Shown: piece after piece, positions 1-9,508 of the stretch
Layout of the letters: each line of letters opens with the position of its first letter
Position numbering within the stretch: the stretch's first letter is position 1
Assembly (NCBI GenBank): GCA_003566795.1
Contig: PXBU01000102.1
Location: forward strand, 1-38,247
From: Puniceicoccaceae bacterium
GTDB taxonomy: Bacteria > Verrucomicrobiota > Verrucomicrobiia > Opitutales > Coraliomargaritaceae
DNA length: 38,247 nucleotides
Direction of reading: 5' to 3'
Translations under genes and position numbers: made by a program
Notes under the pieces: model-generated
What the model saw: the letters and a program-made list of their open reading frames with translations, nothing else
What the model was told of the DNA's origin: nothing
Databases searched by the model: none

Positions 1-2
1 GT

Positions 3-344
3 GGCCAGCAGGTGTCGGTGGCGGATGCTTTGCGGATGCACCGGGAGTTGATCTTTGGTAAGCGGGCGGGACAGCCGGGGCTCTCGGAAGCGGAGCGGGC
101 GAAGGCCTTGCAGGTGCTGGAGCAGGAGAAGGCGCTGCTGCCGCGGGCGACGGTGCTGCGCTGCCGGGTGCGTTACTTTACCGATGGGGCGATTCTGGGT
201 AGCCAGGAATTTGTGCGGGGCTTTTTGGAATCCTGGCAGCGGGAGAAGGGGCGGAAGTATCCGCCTAGGGTGCATCCTATGAGTGGTGCCGATTGGAAGG
301 ATTTGACGACGATCCAGGGTATTAGAACGAGGGTGTTTGGCTAG
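3..344 (+). mobile_element. 3' end of a probable REP-associated tyrosine (RAYT / IS200-like) transposase, truncated by the window edge
   Basis: The frame is open from the window start. The motif LRCRVRYFTDGAILGSQEFV recalls the C-terminal region of long IS200-like/RAYT transposases of Verrucomicrobia/Planctomycetes. The HUH/Tyr catalytic part is not visible. GTAG-hairpins elsewhere in the window are consistent with this call. Confidence 0.55.
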
Positions 345-403
345 AGGGCTCCAAAAAGCGGGTGCTTCCCCTGAAAACTGATTTGCGTTGACCCCAAAGA
401 TGG

Positions 404-1228
404 GTGTCGGCAGACGATTTGGTGCTTATGGATATATTCAACTGCTCCAAATCTCTTGGGAGGGGTCGCCGCTGGCTGGTGCTTATCCCCGCAAGTATTA
501 TCTCGTTTTTAAGTCTCCCAGCCTGCGCCACTGTTCCGAACGATAGGAACGAGACGCTCCAGGTGCTCTTTATAACCGGTGGTGGCTGGCACGATTTTGT
601 TGCTCAGGAGACGGTTTTGACCGAAGGTCTTGGTAAACGGCTCAACGTTGAGTTTACCGTGGATCACACGGCTGGTCGCAGTCCCCGCCACCGGCCTGAG
701 CGTTTTGATGATTCGGATTGGGCAGAAGGCTATGATCTGATTTTGTATAGCATGAGTCTCTCGCGGGATCAGAAACCCGAAACCGCCCAGACGATTATCG
801 ACAGTCACGTGAAACATGGGGTGCCTGCGGTGTTAGTCCATGGTGCGACGCACTCGTATCGCAATACTGGCAATGAAAACTGGTTTAAATTCATGGGGGC
901 CAAGTCAATGTCGCATGAAGCGCTAGGGGCCTTTACGAATGAGGTGATTGAGCCGGAGCATCCAGTGATGCAGGGCTTTCCGAATCCATGGGCACAGGAG
1001 CAGGGGGAGCTATATCGAATTGAGGAGGTCATGCCCACGGCGACCGTGCTGGCCCATGCGATGGGTCGAAATCCGGAACGATACCAGCCGACCATCTGGG
1101 TCAACGAATACAAGGGTGTGCGTGTCTTCGTGACAACGATCGGGCACCATACCGAGACGATGGCGACTGATACCTATCTTGACCTGCTCAGCCGGGGGAT
1201 TTTGTGGGCCCTCGGTCGCGCGGATTGA
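404..1228 (+). CDS. ThuA-like (class I glutamine amidotransferase-like fold) exported protein
   Basis: Motifs VLFITGGGWHDF, VLVHGATHSY, HPVMQG, GELY and GVRVFVTTIGH...LLSRGILWALG. Hydrophobic N-terminus with possible lipobox (LPAC). The start may be ATG 428. Confidence 0.85.
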   Translation: MSADDLVLMDIFNCSKSLGRGRRWLVLIPASIISFLSLPACATVPNDRNETLQVLFITGGGWHDFVAQETVLTEGLGKRLNVEFTVDHTAGRSPRHRPERFDDSDWAEGYDLILYSMSLSRDQKPETAQTIIDSHVKHGVPAVLVHGATHSYRNTGNENWFKFMGAKSMSHEALGAFTNEVIEPEHPVMQGFPNPWAQEQGELYRIEEVMPTATVLAHAMGRNPERYQPTIWVNEYKGVRVFVTTIGHHTETMATDTYLDLLSRGILWALGRAD

Positions 1229-1230
1229 GA

Positions 1231-3183
1231 TCATCGGCTCGGGTGGGCTAATTGCCATTGGGCGAATTGGTATTCAGGGTTTTCGGGGGACCCGACGTTA
1301 GTGGCGATTTCCAGCAATTCGGCGTGCGCTTGGTTGTTTTCTGTCTGCCGCTCGTATTGGGCCAGCCAGAAGGCGGTGCTGCAGATTTGGCGGCGCGCCT
1401 GCTCGGGTGATGCGGCCCGTCCGGCCCAGTCGAGCACCTGTTTGCGGGTGGCTTCGCCGCGGGTGTATTGGGCAAAGAGTTGGGCGGCCTGACTGGGAGC
1501 GGGGAGCGTGGGTGCTTCGTCAGTGGATTCAGCGCTGAGCAAGGTGTGCAGGTAGGCGGCAGTGTCGTTGACTGCGAGCTCACTCGACTCCGAGGCAGCG
1601 TGTGCCTTCTGCTGATGGAGGTATGTTTCGAGCGAGCTGCGGGCCGCGTCGAAGTCTCCCAGCGCATAGGCGCAGCTGGCATGGAGCAGATGGAGGGTTG
1701 GCTGGTCCGCGAGCTGGTGGGCGGCAGTGCTGAGCAGGGGCTCCGCCTCGTGGATACGACCAAGTTGCAGCAGGACGAGCCCTTGCTCGTAGCTCAGAAC
1801 AGCGGAGCTGTCGGGGTTGAGATGCCGGGCGCGGGCATAGTCGGCCAGCGCACCTTTGAGGTCGCCGATTCTACGCAGCAAACTCCCGCGTAGCGCAAGC
1901 GTGCCTGAATTGTTCGGGTCGAGGGCGAGGGATTGATTCAGGGCACTGATCGCGAGGGTATTTTGGTCTTTTCGGATGTGGGCGCGTCCCAGAATGGCCC
2001 AGGCCTCCGAGTTGGCATTACCGCGCAGCAGTGCCTTTTCCAAGGTCGGGATCAGTATCGCCTCCTCCTCCATTCGCAGCAGCAGCCGTCCGAGGTGGAC
2101 AGCTGCGGCGGCCGTCTCCGGAACGTAGCCGCCGTCAATGGCTTGTTGCAGGCTTTTTTCCGCCTGGGTGCCGCTCCCCAGTTTTTCGAAACAGATACTG
2201 CGGTAGAATTCCAGCGTGGGTTGGAGTTCGGTGGGGCGCTTGACGTTGAGTTGCAGAGCTTCCTCAAACTTGGCGCGGGCGGTGCCCACACGATTGCGCG
2301 AGAGTGCGACCCGACCCTCCAGATACAGGGCGATGTCAGCCAGCTGCGGGTTCTTTGCGATGGGCGCAATCAGGTCCTCCAGGGCGAGCCACTCTTCGCG
2401 GCTGGCATAAATGGAGGCGAGGGTGACGGCGGCTTCGAGGTTATCCGGATTTTGGCCCAGCAGTCGTTGCAGGGCATGGATGGCCTGCTCCACCTGCCCC
2501 TTTTGTGTCAGGAGTTTTGCGCGGGTGAGTTGCAGCTTGGCGAGCGTCTTGAGATTTTCTGTCCCGGTGGTGTCGGCATAGAGCTCGATCGCCTGATCAA
2601 TCGCCGCCAAGGCCTGTTCGGCATCGGGTGCGGTTCTGGCTTTTTCCAGATAGGCTTCAGTTGCGAGCTGGCGGCCGCTGGCTGAGCTTTCGGCTCCGGT
2701 CTCGTAAGTGCTCCGGAAGGCCGCCGCAGCTTCGTCCCAGCGCTGCTCAGCCATGTTGAGCAGGCCCTGGAGTTTTTGTGCACTGCGGGCCACTTCGCTG
2801 CCAGGCTCCGCTTTTTCGAGGATGGCATCGGTCAGTGCAATGGCTTCATCGCGCCGGTCAAGTTGGCCGAGAATCAGGGCTTTGAGTGACAGGTATTCCA
2901 GTTCCTCCGGGTCGGATGCGATTGCGTGGGTGACTGCCTCAAGTGCTGCTTCGGGCTGGGACTGATCCAGCTGGATCTTGGCCTTGAGGGCGAGACTGGG
3001 GGCGTGGGTGGGGTTGAGTCGCAGACTTTGTTCAATACTCCGTTCCGCGCCCGTTTGGTCGCCGATGAGGTAGTTGCCCTCGGCGATGTTGTAATAAAAG
3101 GTTACGCGATCGCGCCCTGCGCCGATCAGCTGCACCGCCGTGAGTAGCAGCAGGCTGAGTAAGACTAAGGGTCGATAGCGCAT
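1231..3183 (-). CDS. Tetratricopeptide-repeat protein with signal peptide
   Basis: 650-aa ORF with an N-terminal signal peptide and many TPR-like helical repeats (e.g. ALNQSLALDPNNSGTLALRGSLLRRIGDLKGALADYARA). Confidence 0.85.
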   Translation of the reverse strand: MRYRPLVLLSLLLLTAVQLIGAGRDRVTFYYNIAEGNYLIGDQTGAERSIEQSLRLNPTHAPSLALKAKIQLDQSQPEAALEAVTHAIASDPEELEYLSLKALILGQLDRRDEAIALTDAILEKAEPGSEVARSAQKLQGLLNMAEQRWDEAAAAFRSTYETGAESSASGRQLATEAYLEKARTAPDAEQALAAIDQAIELYADTTGTENLKTLAKLQLTRAKLLTQKGQVEQAIHALQRLLGQNPDNLEAAVTLASIYASREEWLALEDLIAPIAKNPQLADIALYLEGRVALSRNRVGTARAKFEEALQLNVKRPTELQPTLEFYRSICFEKLGSGTQAEKSLQQAIDGGYVPETAAAAVHLGRLLLRMEEEAILIPTLEKALLRGNANSEAWAILGRAHIRKDQNTLAISALNQSLALDPNNSGTLALRGSLLRRIGDLKGALADYARARHLNPDSSAVLSYEQGLVLLQLGRIHEAEPLLSTAAHQLADQPTLHLLHASCAYALGDFDAARSSLETYLHQQKAHAASESSELAVNDTAAYLHTLLSAESTDEAPTLPAPSQAAQLFAQYTRGEATRKQVLDWAGRAASPEQARRQICSTAFWLAQYERQTENNQAHAELLEIATNVGSPENPEYQFAQWQLAHPSR

Positions 3184-3257
3184 GGTTGTGGGGTGCAGCG
3201 AAAAAAAGATTGTTGAAGGCTGGAAAAGGCGGGTAGCCTCGCTAATGTTATCGCATC

Positions 3258-3509
3258 ATGAAGTCAGGAAAGACAAGTAAGCGTTCCGCTGCCGATATTT
3301 TTTTCGATACGGTCGGTGCCGTTGTGCCGAGTTGCGGGCCGGCTATGCGGCTGGTTGAGCTGGGCCAGCAGCGGCCGCTTTCTGTGAAAGAGCGTTTTGT
3401 GCTCACTTACAACTCCACGCTCTGTCTGCACTGCAACTGCAACCGGCGCAAGTTCAACGAGGAACGTGCCAAGATGCGTGCGGTTGAAGCGGAGCGGCGT
3501 GGGCGGTAA
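3258..3509 (+). CDS. Small Cys-rich protein, zf-HC2/anti-sigma-like
   Basis: 83 aa, divergent from the TPR gene. The pattern SC...RLV...QRPLSVKERF.L...LCLHC resembles zinc-binding anti-sigma domains. Confidence 0.6.
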   Translation: MKSGKTSKRSAADIFFDTVGAVVPSCGPAMRLVELGQQRPLSVKERFVLTYNSTLCLHCNCNRRKFNEERAKMRAVEAERRGR

Positions 3510-3563
3510 GGGTACGCTGTTCTGTCCCCCTCTATCGAAGGTCATCGCGGCGAGATGTCGGAT

Positions 3564-3590
3564 CGAAATGGGTTCCCCATTCCGCTACAA
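3564..3590 (-). repeat. GTAG-type REP hairpin
   Basis: The minus strand reads TTGTAG-CGGAATGGG-GAA-CCCATTTCG. It shares CATTCCGCTACAAAC with the element at 29796-29810 and lies between convergent genes. Confidence 0.7.
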
Positions 3591-3616
3591 ACATTGAGGG
3601 ATTTTTGGGCGGCTGG

Positions 3617-5317
3617 CTAGTCCTCGTCATTTTCCAGCTCGGCGAAACGCATGACCTCCTCGATGGTGGTGGTGCCTTTTTTGACGTGGGCCCAGCCGCT
3701 TTGCATGAGGGTGCGCATATCCTGACTGACGGCGGTCTGCCGGATGACACGGGCTGAGTCGCGCCGTACGATATGTTCGTGTATCTCATCGGTCACGCGC
3801 AGAATTTCAAAGAGTCCGACGCGCCCGCGGAAGCCCAGGGTGCGGCAACGCTCGCAACCGACCGCCTCTTTGGCCAAATGGCTGTTGGCGGCTTCGTCGG
3901 GGTGGATGCGCATGGTGGCGAGGAAGCCCGCAATTTGTCGATCCGTGTAGCTGGCCGGGCGGGCGCAATTCGGGCAGAGGCGGCGCACGAGGCGCTGCGC
4001 GATGATCATCTCGACCGAAGAGGCGATGAGGAAAGGCTCGATATCCATATCCACCAGCCGGGTGAGCGCACCGGGCGCGTCATTGGTATGCAGGGTACTG
4101 AGCACGAGGTGGCCAGTCAGCGAGGCGCGGATGGCGATGTCGGCGGTTTCGCGGTCACGGATCTCACCCACCATGATGACGTCGGGGTCTTGGCGGAGCA
4201 CGGCTCGCAGCGACTGGGCAAAGGTCAGGCCGATCTCGGGGTTGACCTGGGTCTGGTTCACGCCGGGCACTTCGTATTCGACCGGGTCCTCGACGGTGAT
4301 GATGCGACGCTCGGGGCGGTTGATGAGGCGGATAAAGGCGGTGAGTGAGGTGGACTTACCCGAGCCGGTCGGGCCAGTGACGAGGATGATGCCGTGCGGC
4401 GTGGTGAGCGTATGCGTGACCCGGCGCTCTTCCTCTTCAGAGAGTCCGAGTTCGCGCATGGAGAGCGGTGCGGACTTTTGGTTCAGCAGCCGTAGCGAGA
4501 CACTCTCGCCATACATGGTGGGGAAGGTGGATATACGAATATCCAGTTCGGATTTGCCGGAGCCGAAGGAGATGCGCCCGTCTTGCGGGCGGCGCTTCTC
4601 GGAGATGTTCAGCTTCGCCATGATTTTCAGGCGGGAAATGATGGCTCCCTGAAAGCGGATCAGATTATCCGGCACCCGGATCGGGACCAGTTCACCGTCG
4701 ATGCGGTAGCGGATCTGCAGTTCGTCGCGGTGGGGCTCAAAGTGGATGTCGGTGGCGCGGTCGCTGACCGCCTTGGAAACGACTTCGTTGACGAAGCGGA
4801 TAACGGCGGCGTTTTCATCCTCGTCCTCCACGGTTTCGGTGACATCGGTGACGAGTTGAGACTCGTCCAGGCTACCCGCGCCGACACCGTAGTGCTCGGT
4901 GATGGTTTCATTGACTTGGAGGGGGTCGCCCAAATACCACTCTGGCATTCGGCCACAGGTGGCAAAGATCCAGCGATCCATCGTCGCATCCGGGGGCCAC
5001 AAAGTGACCAGCGGAATCGGGCCGGTGTTCACCGCTTCGGGGTCGAATTCTTCGAGGTCTTCCGGTTGGCCGTTGCGCACGGGCACGCACTGGTATTCAT
5101 GAATCAGGCGCAGGGGCAGTGACCAGGCCGGGTCATCGATTAACTCGATATGGTCAATGATTGGCAGGCCGGTCTGCTCGGAAACTTCCTGCAGCAGATC
5201 CCGCACTGACATATTGCGCAGCGCCGCAATCTGAGCCAGCCGTTCCGACCGGGGCATTTGTGCCACTTCATTGCGTGCCTCTTCATCGAGGCCGTGGGTG
5301 ATGTCAATATGAGCCAT
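3617..5317 (-). CDS. gspE: GspE/PulE/PilB family secretion/pilus assembly ATPase
   Basis: [16 protein letters not shown], Walker [44 protein letters not shown], and CPNC...CERC zinc motif. Confidence 0.93.
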   Translation of the reverse strand: MAHIDITHGLDEEARNEVAQMPRSERLAQIAALRNMSVRDLLQEVSEQTGLPIIDHIELIDDPAWSLPLRLIHEYQCVPVRNGQPEDLEEFDPEAVNTGPIPLVTLWPPDATMDRWIFATCGRMPEWYLGDPLQVNETITEHYGVGAGSLDESQLVTDVTETVEDEDENAAVIRFVNEVVSKAVSDRATDIHFEPHRDELQIRYRIDGELVPIRVPDNLIRFQGAIISRLKIMAKLNISEKRRPQDGRISFGSGKSELDIRISTFPTMYGESVSLRLLNQKSAPLSMRELGLSEEEERRVTHTLTTPHGIILVTGPTGSGKSTSLTAFIRLINRPERRIITVEDPVEYEVPGVNQTQVNPEIGLTFAQSLRAVLRQDPDVIMVGEIRDRETADIAIRASLTGHLVLSTLHTNDAPGALTRLVDMDIEPFLIASSVEMIIAQRLVRRLCPNCARPASYTDRQIAGFLATMRIHPDEAANSHLAKEAVGCERCRTLGFRGRVGLFEILRVTDEIHEHIVRRDSARVIRQTAVSQDMRTLMQSGWAHVKKGTTTIEEVMRFAELENDED

Positions 5318-5363
5318 GCAGTTCTATGTCTGTAAGATCTTTGGCAGGAAAGTGCCGAAAAAG

Positions 5364-5747
5364 CTACTCCCAATAATCTTCGCCATAGTCGAAGAAAATC
5401 TCTTCGCCGGGTTCGATATCGCGGAGAGCTTCGAAGCGGGCGGTCTTCCAGCGGCTGGAAACCACGAGAAAGGCATTGGGCTTATCGCTGTGATTGATAT
5501 AGCGGGTGTAATTGGCCTTGGGGCCTTCACCGATGATGATGTGGGTGCGGCAGACCCAAAGCACATAGGCGGAAAACGGGCGCACCGGATCGTGGAATGC
5601 CTGCTCGTCGATAATTTCACCGGTGTAATATCCGATGGTGTCTTCTACTTTGATCGGCACTCGGGTGAAGAGGCCCCGACCGGCTCCCTTGATGGTCGAG
5701 GGCCGGATGACAAAATCTTTTTCGGTCCAGGTTTTGGGTTTGGGCAT
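5364..5747 (-). CDS. SET-domain protein (putative protein-lysine methyltransferase)
   Basis: GAGRGLF, YTGE, RYINHS..PN and ALRDIEPGEEIFFDYG..YW are the SET signature motifs. Confidence 0.92.
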   Translation of the reverse strand: MPKPKTWTEKDFVIRPSTIKGAGRGLFTRVPIKVEDTIGYYTGEIIDEQAFHDPVRPFSAYVLWVCRTHIIIGEGPKANYTRYINHSDKPNAFLVVSSRWKTARFEALRDIEPGEEIFFDYGEDYWE

Positions 5748-5807
5748 GTGGAAGACTACGGGCTTGTTTGGAGTCCAATCGAGTAAAGGTAGGAGTGTCG
5801 AGAAAGA

Positions 5808-6887
5808 TCAACGCAAGCTTTCCGGCCAGTCAGATTCGTCCTGCGGCGCGCAAGGGTCGCCGAGGAAGCGTGCACCCGAAATCTCCTGTAAAAGAACCCG
5901 CGTCCAACGCCGATGCGGACCGGAGAGGGTAATGCTCTCCAGCTCATCGAGCGCCACCCATTTGTGTTCGTGCGGCGTGCGCTTGGGTGCTTCGATCCGA
6001 AAAATATTTTCTTTGATGCGGCGGTGGGTGATCGAGCGGGATTTGGAGAGGATGGGCTTCGCGGTGGGCTTTACGGGAGCGAGCGCATCGAGCTTGGGCA
6101 GCTCGTATTGGCCCGCGAGTTGTCCGGCGCTGGCGGGGATCTGATGTAGCAGAACAGCTCCCTTGCGGACCACCCAGGCGCGGTCGATTTCGACCCGCTC
6201 GGTGGCCTTGCGCTGTATTTTTGGGATCTGCGCAAGATCGGGGTGGTGGCGACCGGCGCAGAGGCGAGCGACGGGGCAGATCCCGCATTGCGGCTGGTGC
6301 TTGGTGCAGACGGTTGCGCCCAGTTCCATCATGGCCTGGTTGTGGTCGCCTGAATTTTTCGGGTAAATCAGCTCGTTGGCGAGCGGGGTAAAGGCCTTCA
6401 CCGCCTCGCCGTTGCTTTTGAAGCTGCGGGTGTCGTGAGTTAGTCGCGCGAGAATACGGACGACATTGCCATCGACGACAGCGACGGGTTCATTGAAGGC
6501 AATTGAGACGATCGCGGCTGAGGTGTAGGGGCCGATCCCGGGCATGGTCTGCCACTGCTCTCGGGTGCGGGGCTTTGGATCGGCGGCGACCCAGGTGCGT
6601 GCCAGTTTGTGCAGGTTGCGGGCGCGGCTGTAGTAGCCGAGCCCCTCCCAGAGCTTGAGGACCTCGTCTACGGGAGCATCGGCCAGACAGGTGAAGTCAG
6701 GGAAGCGCCGCATCCAGCGTTCGAAGTAGGGCAGCATGGTCGTGATTTGGGTCTGCTGCGCCATTAACTCAGAGACAACGGTCCGGTAGAGGGAGGGCTG
6801 CGTCCGCCATGGTAGAGGCCGCTGCGACTGGGCATACCAACTGGCCAGCGATTTTTGAAATTTAAGGCGTTGTTGAACTAGTGACAT
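5808..6887 (-). CDS. mutY: A/G-specific adenine glycosylase MutY
   Basis: RPLPWR, VSELMAQQT, WEGLGYYSRARNLH, HhH PGIGPYT, VVDGNVVR, NQAMMELGATVC and an Fe-S Cys cluster. Start set at ATG 6887 because the longer ORF overlaps the upstream gene. Confidence 0.93.
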   Translation of the reverse strand: MSLVQQRLKFQKSLASWYAQSQRPLPWRTQPSLYRTVVSELMAQQTQITTMLPYFERWMRRFPDFTCLADAPVDEVLKLWEGLGYYSRARNLHKLARTWVAADPKPRTREQWQTMPGIGPYTSAAIVSIAFNEPVAVVDGNVVRILARLTHDTRSFKSNGEAVKAFTPLANELIYPKNSGDHNQAMMELGATVCTKHQPQCGICPVARLCAGRHHPDLAQIPKIQRKATERVEIDRAWVVRKGAVLLHQIPASAGQLAGQYELPKLDALAPVKPTAKPILSKSRSITHRRIKENIFRIEAPKRTPHEHKWVALDELESITLSGPHRRWTRVLLQEISGARFLGDPCAPQDESDWPESLR

Positions 6888-6900
6888 TTTTCCGCAACGA

Positions 6901-9249
6901 TCACTCGGAGATGCGGATGTAGTCGGCAATACAATCCTTAAAAGCGGCCATTTTTATCGGTTTTGGGATAAACCCGGCCATACCAGCTGCGTAGCATTCA
7001 CCTTGGACATCCGGACTGACGTGCGCCGTGAGCCCGACGATGGGGGTTTCACGATTGGGTGCGTCGGGCTTGAGGATTTCCCGTGTGGCTTCGAGTCCAT
7101 TCATTACCGGCATGCTCAGGTCCATCAGGACCAATTCATAGGCTCGGGTTTGGCACATCTCAACGGCGGATTGTCCGTTCTCGGCCCAGTCTACCTGAAG
7201 CCCCCAACGCTTGAGCATGTTTTGGGCAACAAACGCGTTGGCTGCATTGTCCTCGACCAGAAGAACCTTCCCGTCCCGCGCGGTTTCAGCCACCTTGCTG
7301 GGGTGAGTCTTTCGCGGCGGGTTTTTTGCCGGGCCCCCTGCATCGAGAGTGCAAGTGAAGCGGAAGCAGGAGCCGACGTTTGGTTGGCTTTCGGCGGTCA
7401 ATGAACCTCCCATTATGTCGGCGATCTTGCGGCAAATTGCCAGTCCGAGGCCGACGCCTTTGTAGCGCCGGGTGTTGGAGGAGTCGAATTGAGTAAAGGG
7501 AGCGAAAAGATTTTCCAGATTCTCTTGCTCAATTCCAATACCGCTGTCCTCGACTTCAATCAGTAATTCCAGCTTTTCGGGGCCGACATTTTTTTGTCCC
7601 AGACGGAGGTGGATGTCACCATCATGGGTGTATTTGCAGGCATTGCAGAGTAGCGCACTGAGGATGCGTTGCAGGAACTCGATATTACCGCTTACCCGCG
7701 TGTCTTGCTGGATGGCCTCGTAGTCTTCCGTGCCGTTTTGAATATGGATGGTTTGCTTCGGGTAATGGCCGCGGCATTTGCCTAGCGATGCCGTGCAGGA
7801 TTCCAGCAGGCGGAATTCCGCGTTTTGCTGTGCCTCCGGGTCTTCCTGTAACTGTGAGAAGAACAGGATGTCGTTGATCAAAGAAAGGAGTGTTTCACTG
7901 GAGTGATGGATTTCTTTCAGCGTGCGGATGCAGTCAGGGTCGTCGATTTCCTCCATTAGCAGGCTGGTGTAGCCCATGATTGGATTGAGCGGAGTGCGCA
8001 ACTCGTGGCTCATGACGGAGAGGAACTCGCCTTTGACGCGGTTCGCTTCTTCCGCCGCCTGTTTGGCGATCAGCAGATCCTCGGTCGCACGGCGGCGTTC
8101 CTTTTCAGCCTGTATGCTTTTCAGCGCGAAACGTAGATCTCCGGCCACTTCGCGGAACAGTTCGATCTCGTCTTCGTCCATAATCGCCGACTGGCTGGTC
8201 ATCAGCGCGATGTAGCCGACCTTATTATCAAATTTAAACTCAGCGGCGAGCAGCGCGCAATCCTCCATGCCTTCCATTACGGGAAAGTTGGGGCACTGCT
8301 CGATCGGGTTGGCGGCGAGAATGAGCCCGCCCTCTCTTTTGGTGCCTGCAATGCAATGGGGCAGTTGGCCCGATTGCAGGAAGTGTTTCAGCTTTCCGGA
8401 ATCTTTCTGTTGGGGGGCGTCGTGATAGTGTAAGGGGTTGCCGTCCTCGTCGAGCAGGGCGATCCAAGCGTGTTTGAATTCACGATCCTCAACCAGAATT
8501 TCGCATATTTTACGGATGAGAGAATCCACGTCGGTGGTGTCGACGATCGCTTTGTTTACACGGCGTATGGCACGCAGCATGGCATTGAGCATGAGCAGCT
8601 TTTGCTCGTCATGCTTGCGGTCGGTGATGTCGCGGGAGAATAAAATCGCCCGATCTTCGGTATGGCGGACGGCATCGACCCGGATGATTTTCTCGGAGCC
8701 GTCTTTGCGCTTTATCGTGCGGTCACGAGTGACGTAGCCGTCCAGGAAGATATCTTTGAAGGCCGCAGCGGTATCCTTACGCTCGTCGACTACGTTGATG
8801 TCCAGAATACTGAGCTGTTGTAGTTCCTCGGGACTGTAACCAGTCAACTTTTCTGTGGCTTCGTTGACTTCGACAAACTTGCCCGCCTTATCGATCAAGG
8901 AGATCGCAATCGGAGAATTCTTCACATAGAGTTCATATTGTGATTGGGTGTGCTTTAATTTTGAGAGGGCCTCCGTGACTTGGCGCGACCAGAATCGACA
9001 GAGGATCCAAAGCAATACGGTGGTGGCGAGGACGTAGCCCATCCCTTTGAGGGCTTCTATGGCGAGAATTAGTTGGGTATCCTCGGCTTGCCTCGACAAC
9101 CACAGGCTGGAAAGGATGATCCAGGCCGAACCGACGAAGAAGTAGATGAGCACGACACGATTTATCGTGAGGCTGGTTTTGGGAATCTGTGAGTCTGGTC
9201 GCACTGGAACAAAGGGATAAAATGAAACCCACTCGATGCGACGACGCAC
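6901..9249 (-). CDS. Membrane hybrid sensor histidine kinase (TM-PAS-GAF-HisKA-HATPase-REC)
   Basis: Two TM helices, a PAS domain, H-box FLSVMSHELRTPLN, G-boxes DSGIGI and GVGLGLAI, and receiver VLLVEDN...LVLMDLSMPVMNG...KP. The start is uncertain (GTG 9249 or 9204). Confidence 0.92.
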   Translation of the reverse strand: MRRRIEWVSFYPFVPVRPDSQIPKTSLTINRVVLIYFFVGSAWIILSSLWLSRQAEDTQLILAIEALKGMGYVLATTVLLWILCRFWSRQVTEALSKLKHTQSQYELYVKNSPIAISLIDKAGKFVEVNEATEKLTGYSPEELQQLSILDINVVDERKDTAAAFKDIFLDGYVTRDRTIKRKDGSEKIIRVDAVRHTEDRAILFSRDITDRKHDEQKLLMLNAMLRAIRRVNKAIVDTTDVDSLIRKICEILVEDREFKHAWIALLDEDGNPLHYHDAPQQKDSGKLKHFLQSGQLPHCIAGTKREGGLILAANPIEQCPNFPVMEGMEDCALLAAEFKFDNKVGYIALMTSQSAIMDEDEIELFREVAGDLRFALKSIQAEKERRRATEDLLIAKQAAEEANRVKGEFLSVMSHELRTPLNPIMGYTSLLMEEIDDPDCIRTLKEIHHSSETLLSLINDILFFSQLQEDPEAQQNAEFRLLESCTASLGKCRGHYPKQTIHIQNGTEDYEAIQQDTRVSGNIEFLQRILSALLCNACKYTHDGDIHLRLGQKNVGPEKLELLIEVEDSGIGIEQENLENLFAPFTQFDSSNTRRYKGVGLGLAICRKIADIMGGSLTAESQPNVGSCFRFTCTLDAGGPAKNPPRKTHPSKVAETARDGKVLLVEDNAANAFVAQNMLKRWGLQVDWAENGQSAVEMCQTRAYELVLMDLSMPVMNGLEATREILKPDAPNRETPIVGLTAHVSPDVQGECYAAGMAGFIPKPIKMAAFKDCIADYIRISE

Positions 9250-9508
9250 AAGAGTCTTGTTCCTCCTGCGTGAGCACTTGGTGGATTAGTTGGAGTGGTC
9301 GTTGGCTTGGCGTGTAGTATGTAGTGCCTTTTGTTCGATTAGTAAAACTTATGGTCGTCTTCGCAAGGTTTAAAAAGTTGTCAAAGGCCGGTCGGGCGGC
9401 GATCGGATGATATTTTACATTTTATTAGCATAAGTTCACGGGGCAATCGCTAGCCAGCTGTTCTTTGTGCTTCATTTGCGGTGACGGCTATGCTAGCGAT
9501 TGCACCAG

